A stretch of DNA of 12,855 nt, taken from contig JAWOBN010000015.1 of the NCBI GenBank assembly GCA_046484245.1, forward strand, positions 1 to 12,855, given 5' to 3'. This document shows positions 1-7,183 of this stretch, piece by piece. Under the pieces are notes generated by a model. The model made no database searches, was not told the origin of the DNA, and saw only the letters and a list, made by a program, of their open reading frames with translations. Source of the stretch: a bacterium. Lineage in GTDB: Bacteria > Hydrothermota > 32-111. Both the position numbers and the translations under genes were made by a program. Position 1 is the stretch's first letter; every line of letters starts with the position of its first letter.

Positions 1-771
1 ACAGTAATGCTATTCATGATGATAGGGGGAATTAATTTCCTAGTCCACTACAATGTTCTGACAGGCAATATAAAATCACTATGGAAGAATTTTGAGATGA
101 AGTATTTCTGGATATTCCTCTTGGGCGGCATCAGTATAATAGCATTGACAAGCATTATCAATACAGGCATTGATTATCACTTTGACGGCCTGTCTGAAAC
201 CGGTTTCAGGGGTTTTCTCTATCATCTGAAGGATTCAGCCTTTCAGTCAATTTCAATAATGACAACAACAGGATATGCAACAAGGGATATTGGTTCTGCT
301 TATTTTGCTGCTGCTGCCAAACAGATATTCCTCCTGTTCATGGTTATTGGGGGATGTTCGGGTTCCACTTCAGGCGGCGTGAAGGTAATACGCATAGGTG
401 CATTATTAAAACTTGTAAAAACACGGATATTCAAGATCAATACATCAGTACGGACACGTGCCCCCCTTGTAATAGACAAATTCATAGTCAAAGACAGTGA
501 GATTCAGAGGATAAGCATCATATTCTTCATGTGGATGCTTCTTCTTTTTGCAGGGGGACTCATTACTGCACTATTCTCCAATCTCACAGGATGGCAGTCA
601 TTCTCAGGCATGTTCTCGGCACTGGGTAATATAGGCCCCTGCTATATATCTGTTGAAGAGATGATACATTTAAGCCCAATAATAAAGATAACATACATAA
701 TAGGTATGCTTGCAGGCAGATTGGAGATTCTGCCTGTAATACTGATATTTAACAGAAAGTTTTTCAGATAG
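1..771 (+). CDS. trkH: TrkH/KtrB-family potassium uptake membrane subunit, 5'-truncated by the window edge
   Basis: The frame is open from base 1 (ACA GTA ATG...). The protein is hydrophobic and has Trk pore-loop motifs TTTGY, GGCSGSTSGGVK and SALGNIGP, a C-terminal MLAGRLEI, and lies next to trkA. Confidence 0.93.
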   Translation, partial: TVMLFMMIGGINFLVHYNVLTGNIKSLWKNFEMKYFWIFLLGGISIIALTSIINTGIDYHFDGLSETGFRGFLYHLKDSAFQSISIMTTTGYATRDIGSAYFAAAAKQIFLLFMVIGGCSGSTSGGVKVIRIGALLKLVKTRIFKINTSVRTRAPLVIDKFIVKDSEIQRISIIFFMWMLLLFAGGLITALFSNLTGWQSFSGMFSALGNIGPCYISVEEMIHLSPIIKITYIIGMLAGRLEILPVILIFNRKFFR

Positions 772-782
772 GAGGACAAATA

Positions 783-1457
783 ATGTATATCATAATTGTC
801 GGAGCAGGCAATCTCGGTGAGGAACTCGTTTCCAAGATCACTATGCTTAAGAAGGATGTTGTTGTCATTGACAGAGACAAGGACGCATGTGACAAGCTCT
901 TTGCCCAATACGGTATTGAGACAATTCACGGAGACGGGTCAAAACTCTCTGTTCTCAGATCAGCAGGCATTGGAAAAGCAGATATGCTTATATCAACAAT
1001 CAGAAAGGATGATGTAAACCTTGCCATTTCGGTACTTGCCAAGAGTCTCCATATTGATGACATCATTGTGCTGATGAGAGACAAGAGCTATATGGATGCC
1101 TATAAAACAAGCGGGGCAACCAAGATCCTCAATATAGTGGATACACTGGTGGAGGATATCATATACAGTATTGAAAAACCGGCAATCAGAAGGGTTGCTT
1201 CACTCAAAGAAGGAGCAGTAGAGGTATTTATTCTGGAGATACCGGAAAAGGGCAAGATAACAGGTAAAACAATATCGGAGATTGCATCTGACAAACGCAT
1301 GCCCCTGGAGAGCATTATAGCAGGCATTTACAATGAAGAGGAGAATGAATTCAAGATACCCAGAGGCAATACCAAAATCCCGTCACTGGCAACCCTCTTC
1401 GTCCTCACCAAACCCAACCTCATTAAAAAGACAACCAAGGTCCTCATGGAGACATGA
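783..1457 (+). CDS. trkA: TrkA/KtrA-family potassium uptake regulatory subunit (RCK_N + RCK_C)
   Basis: N-terminal Rossmann motif IIIVGAGNLG, VVVIDRD, IHGDG and a C-terminal RCK_C-like IPRGNTKI. SD AGGAGG at 770-775. Follows trkH after an 11-bp gap. Confidence 0.93.
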   Translation: MYIIIVGAGNLGEELVSKITMLKKDVVVIDRDKDACDKLFAQYGIETIHGDGSKLSVLRSAGIGKADMLISTIRKDDVNLAISVLAKSLHIDDIIVLMRDKSYMDAYKTSGATKILNIVDTLVEDIIYSIEKPAIRRVASLKEGAVEVFILEIPEKGKITGKTISEIASDKRMPLESIIAGIYNEEENEFKIPRGNTKIPSLATLFVLTKPNLIKKTTKVLMET

Positions 1458-1485
1458 AGGGACGGAGGTTGAATATATCAAAGAT
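1455..1485 (+). repeat. Left terminal inverted repeat TGAAGGGACGGAGGTTGAATATATCAAAGAT
   Basis: Matches the reverse complement of 2531-2561 (TGAAGGGACGGAGGTTGAAGATATCAAAGAT) at 30 of 31 positions, with one T/G mismatch at position 20. Confidence 0.95.
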
Positions 1486-1498
1486 ATCTTGATAATAC

Positions 1499-2395
1499 TT
1501 AATCCATTTTCTTAGCATAATAATATAATGAGCATAAAGAACTATACTTAAGGTTTCTAAACGCAGGTTTAATGATGATGTCTTTATAAGTCAATCCACA
1601 TAACTCCCTTAAATCAATCAATAATTGTAATCTAATTTTCTTCTCTCTATTGGTTATAAACGCCTTTTCGTTAATATCTATATTCTCTTCTTCCAGATAT
1701 AACCCTCTTATTTCATCATAGGTGTACTTTTTATGCCTGTCTCTTTTGCGCATATTATACTTTTGGCCGTTTTCGTGTCTGCGCTTGTTGTATATATGCA
1801 GTGCCTTGTATATATAATAACGTTTGCCCAGTACAGTCCCGTGTCTTGACTTTACTATTTGAAGTTTTCTTCCTCCTGCCCAGTATTCCAGCTGTTCATT
1901 GAAATCTCTTTGACCATTGAATAGCTGTTCAATAAAATCTGTATCAGTAAAATCATCACTGCCATACATTGATGATATGCTTGACCACAAGTAATTATAA
2001 GGATTATCCTTAATACCCTTTCTTACGGGATTTAGAAAGGTATATATAACAGACATCCTGAGATAATTGTCATCTTGAATCAGAGTTGATTTGTATCTGT
2101 CCCCAAACACATACCCCTTTCTCTTATTGGTTTTATTATAATACAGTGCATATCTTCCCAGCAGATTTCTAAAGAAATCCCCCATTCTTTCATTGTTATT
2201 CTGCATAACAATATGGAAGTGGTTACCCATTATACAGAATGCGAATACCCGCATTTTGTAGATCTTTAATGATGCTTTCATCATCTCAATGAACATTGCC
2301 TTATCCTTCCAATCAGCGAAAATGGGCATCTTATCAAATCCCCTATTCATGATATGGTGATAAGCCCCCTTAAAAGTCAATCTTCTTGCTCTCAT
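1499..2395 (-). CDS. REP-associated tyrosine transposase-like protein (Y1_Tnp / HUH endonuclease) with C-terminal extension
   Basis: N-terminal MRARR...YHHIMNRG...IF, HUH motif FCIMGNHFHI (H59/H61), GYVFGDRYKS, putative catalytic Tyr118 in YTFLNP, and YLWSS, all typical of RAYT/TnpA-REP-like Y1 proteins. About 150 extra C-terminal residues. SD AAGGAGG at 2401-2407 (minus). Confidence 0.9.
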   Translation of the reverse strand: MRARRLTFKGAYHHIMNRGFDKMPIFADWKDKAMFIEMMKASLKIYKMRVFAFCIMGNHFHIVMQNNNERMGDFFRNLLGRYALYYNKTNKRKGYVFGDRYKSTLIQDDNYLRMSVIYTFLNPVRKGIKDNPYNYLWSSISSMYGSDDFTDTDFIEQLFNGQRDFNEQLEYWAGGRKLQIVKSRHGTVLGKRYYIYKALHIYNKRRHENGQKYNMRKRDRHKKYTYDEIRGLYLEEENIDINEKAFITNREKKIRLQLLIDLRELCGLTYKDIIIKPAFRNLKYSSLCSLYYYAKKMD

Positions 2396-2433
2396 AATTG
2401 CCTCCTTTTGTAAATTGTTTCTTTATTATTGTC

Positions 2434-2461
2434 ATTATATCATATATTAATTATCTGTCAA
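2434..2461 (-). promoter_or_regulatory. Consensus sigma70 promoter for the Y1 transposase gene
   Basis: Minus strand reads TTGACA (2461-2456), a 16-bp spacer ending in TGA (extended -10 TGn), then TATAAT (2439-2434), about 40 bp upstream of the ATG. Confidence 0.8.
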
Positions 2462-2530
2462 GATCTTTTAAGTTACCTTATTGTTATTTTTAGGGTGATT
2501 CTTTTATGTTCTTGTGGTCTTCTTCACAAG

Positions 2531-2561
2531 ATCTTTGATATCTTCAACCTCCGTCCCTTCA
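2531..2561 (-). repeat. Right terminal inverted repeat
   Basis: Plus strand ATCTTTGATATCTTCAACCTCCGTCCCTTCA is the reverse complement of the left repeat with 1 mismatch. Confidence 0.95.
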
Positions 2562-3956
2562 GCGTCTTTTCAGCCGTTTGTGGAGGGCCTGTCTGGAGAT
2601 GCCGAGGAGTTTGGAGGCAATGGTCTGATTGTTTTCTGCTCTTTGTAATGCTTCATCAATGAGCATATTCTCCATTTCTTTTAATGTGGGAAGTGACTCG
2701 GGGAATATCATCTCACTTACTGTATCTGTCTGCATATAATCATCCTCCAGCATCTGGGTGCCTATCTTCTCTTTGATGGACTCAGTGGAGAGCATGCCCC
2801 TGTCATGTATTGTTACAGCATCAAATATGATTGCCTCAAGCTCCCTGATATTGCCGGGGAATGCATAGTTTTTAAGCATTATCTCCAGTTCCCTGGGATA
2901 AGCGGGCTTGTCTCTGCCCAGGTGCTCTGCACTCTTTTCAATGAAATGGTCAAGCAGAAGAGGAATATCGTCTTTCCTCTCTCTTAAAGGCGGTAAATGT
3001 ATCTGATGTGAATAGAGCCTGTAATAGAGATCTTTCCTGAATTTATTATCATCTACATGTTTCCTCAGATTGATATTTGTCGCCACAATGATCCGCGCAT
3101 CACTCATCTTGTATCTGTCTGAACCCAGAGGAAGGTATTTCTTCTCCTGAAGGAGGCGGAGCAGTTTCACTTGTGATTCCATAGAGAGATCGCCTATCTC
3201 ATCAAGAAACACAGTACCGCCTGATGCCTTTTCTATAAGTCCCTTTCTTGAGGAGGCAGCTCCCGTAAAAGCCCCCTTCTCATGGCCGAATAGTGTATCA
3301 GAGAAAAGATTGTCATCAAGACCTGCAATATTGACTGCAATAAACTCACCCTCCCTTGAGCTTGAGAGATGTATTGCCTCTGCAAATAGCTCCTTGCCTG
3401 TGCCTGTCTCACCTGTAATAAGAACAGGGAGTCCTGATTTTGCAACTGCTTCAGCATATTTGAAGAGAGAGAGCATTTTTTTATTCCGTGTTATGATCCT
3501 GCTGAAATTCCCGGGGTTATTGAGCTTATCATTGATCAGGGACTGTTTGAGATTGCGGTTTACAATGCGTATCTCCCTCATCTCAAGAGCTTTTGCCACT
3601 GTCTTGAAGAAATACTCCTCATCTATCGGCTTGACAATATAATCAAATGCACCGGATTTCATGCATTCCACAGCTGTATCCACTTCATCTACAGCAGTAA
3701 GCATGATCACCGGAATGCCGGGATATTCCACATTAATATCAGGGAGGAGTTCAAGCCCGTTTACATGCGGCATCATAATGTCCATTATAATCAGCGAGTA
3801 TTCCCTGTCAGCAATCATTTTCATTGCCTTAGAGCTGTCTGAACATGTCTCCACATTATTATACCCCTTTGTATTGAGAATTGTCTGCATACTGAAGAGA
3901 AACTGCTCCTCATCATCTATCAGGAGTATTGGTTTTAATGGTCTTGTTCTTTTCAC
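2559..3956 (-). CDS. NtrC-family sigma54-dependent response regulator (REC + AAA+ + Fis-type HTH)
   Basis: REC motifs LIDDE, IMDIMMP, LTA, IVKP. Walker A GETGTGKE, GAFTGA loop, Walker B FLDEIGD, FRKDLYYRL, FPGNIREL. C-terminal NQTIASKLLGISRQAL HTH. The GTG start overlaps the kinase TAG by 1 nt; SD AAGGAGG at 3961-3967. Confidence 0.95.
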   Translation of the reverse strand: MKRTRPLKPILLIDDEEQFLFSMQTILNTKGYNNVETCSDSSKAMKMIADREYSLIIMDIMMPHVNGLELLPDINVEYPGIPVIMLTAVDEVDTAVECMKSGAFDYIVKPIDEEYFFKTVAKALEMREIRIVNRNLKQSLINDKLNNPGNFSRIITRNKKMLSLFKYAEAVAKSGLPVLITGETGTGKELFAEAIHLSSSREGEFIAVNIAGLDDNLFSDTLFGHEKGAFTGAASSRKGLIEKASGGTVFLDEIGDLSMESQVKLLRLLQEKKYLPLGSDRYKMSDARIIVATNINLRKHVDDNKFRKDLYYRLYSHQIHLPPLRERKDDIPLLLDHFIEKSAEHLGRDKPAYPRELEIMLKNYAFPGNIRELEAIIFDAVTIHDRGMLSTESIKEKIGTQMLEDDYMQTDTVSEMIFPESLPTLKEMENMLIDEALQRAENNQTIASKLLGISRQALHKRLKRR

Positions 3957-6691
3957 TATTCCTCCTTATTAACGGGGATTTCCAGTATTACTGTTGTGCC
4001 TTCTCCGGGCCGGGACATCACATTTATGCGCCCATTGTGTTTCTCAATTATATTATATGAAATGGACAGTCCCAGTCCTGTCCCTCCGGTATTCCTCTTT
4101 GTTGTGAAAAACGGGTCAAATATATGGGATGCAATTCCCTCTGACATTCCCTTTCCATTATCTCTGACCTTCACTGTAACAGTATCATCCTCACAGCTGG
4201 ACTCAATGGATATGCTGCCCCTGTTCTCACTGACTGCATCACATGCATTTGTCAGGAGATTAATTATCACCTGTTCAATCTGCTGTGAGCTGCATGCAAT
4301 TTCAGGTATATCCTCACTGAGTTGAACATCAAATGAATCCGTGCTTCTCTTTATGATATTTCTGACGATCATTACTGCGGATTCTATGATAAGATTGATA
4401 TTGCACATTGAGAATGAATCATCACTGTCTGACTTGGAGAAGTTCTTGAGATTGGAGACAATGGATTTTATCCTCTGAGTACCGTCATTGATGCCATTAA
4501 TCAATTTGGGCATCCTTGACTTCAATTGAGGATATTCAAGTCCTGCTATTGTCACAGATTCCTTGTCTTTGATGAACTGGTCCAGGAGTTTCTCCACATC
4601 ATCCCAGACATCCCTTATCACTTTGCCATTGAGCATTATATAATTATTTGGATTATTGATTTCATGAGCCACACCGGATACAAGTGTGCCGAGTGTTGCC
4701 ATCTTATCCGCCTGTCTCAGCTGTTTTTCCTGCAATTTTGCCTTCTGCTCCGCTGATTTCTGCTCTGTTATATCAATAATGAATCCCTCAATTGCATGGT
4801 TCTTATTTGATTTCTTGATAACCACTCCCCGCTCTGACATCCATCTAACCTCACCGTCTCTTCTCCTTATACGGTATTCTATCTTGAATTTCTTATTCTC
4901 ATCAAATGACTGCTTGACACTTCTTTCTATCATTTCTTTAAACTTGTCTTCTATCATACTGCCGTATACAGGATTTCCGGTCAATTCATCGGGCCTATAT
5001 CCGGTTATATCCTCACATGCACTGCTTATGAAATCAAAGGAATAATGATCACTGTAGGGGGAACTGTAAACCATGCCCGGAAGATTGCTCATCAGCACAT
5101 CCATCTGTCTCTGGTTTTCCTTGAGCTGCATCTCAGCTTCTATACGCTCTGTGATGTCCTGCTGCGTGCCCCAGATTGACTTGAGATATCCATTTTCTGC
5201 AATACCCAGAGCACTGTTGAGAAAATACTTCACCCTGCCCCTGCTGTCCTTCTCTTTTGTAATATAATTGGTGGATTTGTACCCGTTTTCAACAAAACCC
5301 GCCTGTTTCTCTTCACTGTCTGTTTCCTGCCTGTAACTGCTGTCAGTGAAAAAATCTATTGGCTTGCCTATCATCTGATCAGTTGATTCAAAACCATACA
5401 TACGGGCGCAGACCTCGTTGCATTCTGCAATATATCCGTGTTTTCTTATCATTTTTGACTGCTTAGAAGCAGGCAGATCAGTGGGTATATCCTCCCTGAA
5501 TACAACGCGCCAAATACCCTCATTGCTGTTTTTCACAAACTCCCTGTACCTCTTCTCCCTCTCAATGAGTTTGCGCCTGTTCTCTATTGTTTCAGTAGTA
5601 TCCTTCATTGTGCCTATCATATGATGAGGACGTGACTGATTATCATAGATGACAATTCCCTCATCATGTATGTATCTGTATTTCCCCTTCTTATGCCTTA
5701 TTCTGTAATTGAGGGAATATCTGCCCTGCTTATCCATTATCTCCCTCATTGATGAAACGAGACCTTCATAATCATCCGGATGTATCAGCTCCTTGAAATG
5801 CTCCCTGTAGTAATCAGGGAATGTCTTCTTTGAATAACCCGTCAACCTGTATATATTGCCGAACCAGTCGGTCTTGCCTGTCTTGAAATTATAGTCATAG
5901 ATAATATGGCCTGTCTGTTTTGTTACAATTGAGTATCTTTCACTGCTCCTCTTCAGTGCTGCATGAGCCTTTTTATTGTCAATGAGATTAAACAGAAGCT
6001 TGGCAATGAATTTCATTTCATCACCTGATGCATCCGGCAGCACAATACTGCTTCCCGACAATATAAAGACAGCAAAGAGCTTTCTCCTGTATATAAGGGG
6101 AATGAGATTGAGAGGGGGCTGCAACTTTCCTGTATCCCATGAATCACTCTTAATATCATTGCCGGTATTCAATGAAACTATATTGCCCGATAAGAGTTCA
6201 TCTTCCAATGCAGCTGAGAATCGGATTGTCTGCCGGGGCTCTGCAAGAGTGTCACTGCTGTACTGATAATGTACAGTGAACATATCATCATTGTTTCTTG
6301 TCATGATAATCAATGCATCAGAATTGAAATACGATATTATTTCCTTCATTGAAAATTTGAGGATACGCTGCAGTGATGTGTATCTTGCTGACAGAAACCT
6401 ATTCGTGATATCATTTATCAAATCCCTGAATCTGTCATGTCCGGCGCCATTCGCACTGCCTGTTACAGTATAACCCTCTTTGTCCCTTATAACAAAGACA
6501 TCCGCACCATTAACTGCAAACTGTCTTGATGTATGAGGGGGAATGTCCAGTTGAGAAGCGGCAATGCTCAAAATTGCAGGCAATTTCCTGTCAAGTGGCC
6601 CGAGTATATATTCAGCAGGGTCATTGTGCTGCTTGATAGTGAACTCATTGTCTGACCTTATGTATATTGCTCTATTATCTGAAACCGGCAT
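3956..6691 (-). CDS. Cytoplasmic multi-PAS sensor histidine kinase (probable GAF-like + 3 PAS/PAC + HisKA + HATPase)
   Basis: H-box VAHEINNP, N-box QVIINLLTNACDA, G1 DNGKGM, F-box FDPFFTTK, G2 GGTGLGL. PAS/PAC signatures IHPDD...YRIRHKKG, DITER, YRIRRRDG...DITE. No obvious TM helix. Start moved from TTG 6733 to ATG 6691 (or TTG 6694) because SD AAGGAG lies at 6701-6706; the start remains uncertain. Confidence 0.92.
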   Translation of the reverse strand: MPVSDNRAIYIRSDNEFTIKQHNDPAEYILGPLDRKLPAILSIAASQLDIPPHTSRQFAVNGADVFVIRDKEGYTVTGSANGAGHDRFRDLINDITNRFLSARYTSLQRILKFSMKEIISYFNSDALIIMTRNNDDMFTVHYQYSSDTLAEPRQTIRFSAALEDELLSGNIVSLNTGNDIKSDSWDTGKLQPPLNLIPLIYRRKLFAVFILSGSSIVLPDASGDEMKFIAKLLFNLIDNKKAHAALKRSSERYSIVTKQTGHIIYDYNFKTGKTDWFGNIYRLTGYSKKTFPDYYREHFKELIHPDDYEGLVSSMREIMDKQGRYSLNYRIRHKKGKYRYIHDEGIVIYDNQSRPHHMIGTMKDTTETIENRRKLIEREKRYREFVKNSNEGIWRVVFREDIPTDLPASKQSKMIRKHGYIAECNEVCARMYGFESTDQMIGKPIDFFTDSSYRQETDSEEKQAGFVENGYKSTNYITKEKDSRGRVKYFLNSALGIAENGYLKSIWGTQQDITERIEAEMQLKENQRQMDVLMSNLPGMVYSSPYSDHYSFDFISSACEDITGYRPDELTGNPVYGSMIEDKFKEMIERSVKQSFDENKKFKIEYRIRRRDGEVRWMSERGVVIKKSNKNHAIEGFIIDITEQKSAEQKAKLQEKQLRQADKMATLGTLVSGVAHEINNPNNYIMLNGKVIRDVWDDVEKLLDQFIKDKESVTIAGLEYPQLKSRMPKLINGINDGTQRIKSIVSNLKNFSKSDSDDSFSMCNINLIIESAVMIVRNIIKRSTDSFDVQLSEDIPEIACSSQQIEQVIINLLTNACDAVSENRGSISIESSCEDDTVTVKVRDNGKGMSEGIASHIFDPFFTTKRNTGGTGLGLSISYNIIEKHNGRINVMSRPGEGTTVILEIPVNKEE

Positions 6692-6752
6692 CAATAACTT
6701 CTCCTTTGTCTCAATGATAATAGATGGAAACAATCAATCAGTCAAGAGTAAG

Positions 6753-7112
6753 TCACTGGACTGTCAACACAGCTGTACTGACCGCCTTATCCTGCATTGC
6801 CCGGATCTTGCATTTACCGGGATTTACACCTTTTAATTTGACAAAATCCTCATTGATCTCTTCAATCACAATAATATCCGATTTGGATAGCGTCCAGTCC
6901 GGACTTATATAACGTCTGTTCTTTATGCGTACATTATTCTCGTCAAATGCAATTGCCCTCATGACAATTGTCTCTCCCACACGGATATTAGTCGGGCCAT
7001 CTATAAGTATCGTACAGCACTCAATACTTTCAAAATCATCCCTGCTTGTCTTCGGCCCGCATGATGTCAGCATCAATGCTGCAATGAATATTAATAAAAA
7101 AACTCGCCTCAT
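6753..7112 (-). CDS. Lipoprotein with probable bacterial Ig-like (Big_2-type) domain
   Basis: Signal peptide MRRVFLLIFIAALMLTS-C with a lipobox. Pattern VGETIVMRA..D....W..S....V.LKGVNPG.CKI.A resembles Big_2. ATG at 7112 is preceded by a G-rich SD. Confidence 0.7.
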   Translation of the reverse strand: MRRVFLLIFIAALMLTSCGPKTSRDDFESIECCTILIDGPTNIRVGETIVMRAIAFDENNVRIKNRRYISPDWTLSKSDIIVIEEINEDFVKLKGVNPGKCKIRAMQDKAVSTAVLTVQ

Positions 7113-7132
7113 CAAGCCCCCCTTTTTTTTAT

Positions 7133-7161
7133 ATTTTAGGGGAATAGCTGTGTTTTGTCAA
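7133..7161 (-). promoter_or_regulatory. Internal sigma70 promoter for the lipoprotein-kinase-regulator unit
   Basis: Minus strand TTGACA (7161-7156), N17, TAAAAT (7138-7133), in the largest intergenic gap (about 70 bp) of the minus-strand run. Confidence 0.75.
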
Positions 7162-7183
7162 GTATATTGTGAACCGTTTGACA

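Larger units (their letters stand above)
1455..2561. mobile_element. Inverted-repeat-bounded cassette carrying a Y1/HUH (RAYT-like) transposase gene
   Basis: 31-bp inverted repeats at 1455-1485 and 2531-2561 enclose a single transposase-like ORF with its own promoter. The interior is more AT-rich than the flanks. No target-site duplication is visible. Confidence 0.75.

Noticed and set aside
1445..2571. Target-site duplication around the Y1 cassette
   Set aside because: The flanks (GGAGACA left, GCGTCTT right) show no direct repeat.
2429..2662. 77-aa plus-strand ORF crossing the right repeat, and 60-aa ORF 1333-1515 crossing the left repeat
   Set aside because: No convincing SD, they overlap real genes, promoter and repeat DNA, and they have no recognisable motifs.
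7117..7142. C6-T8 tract as terminator or phase-variation site
   Set aside because: No GC stem precedes the T-run. On the coding strand it reads A8-G6 and is explained as the leader and SD of the lipoprotein gene.
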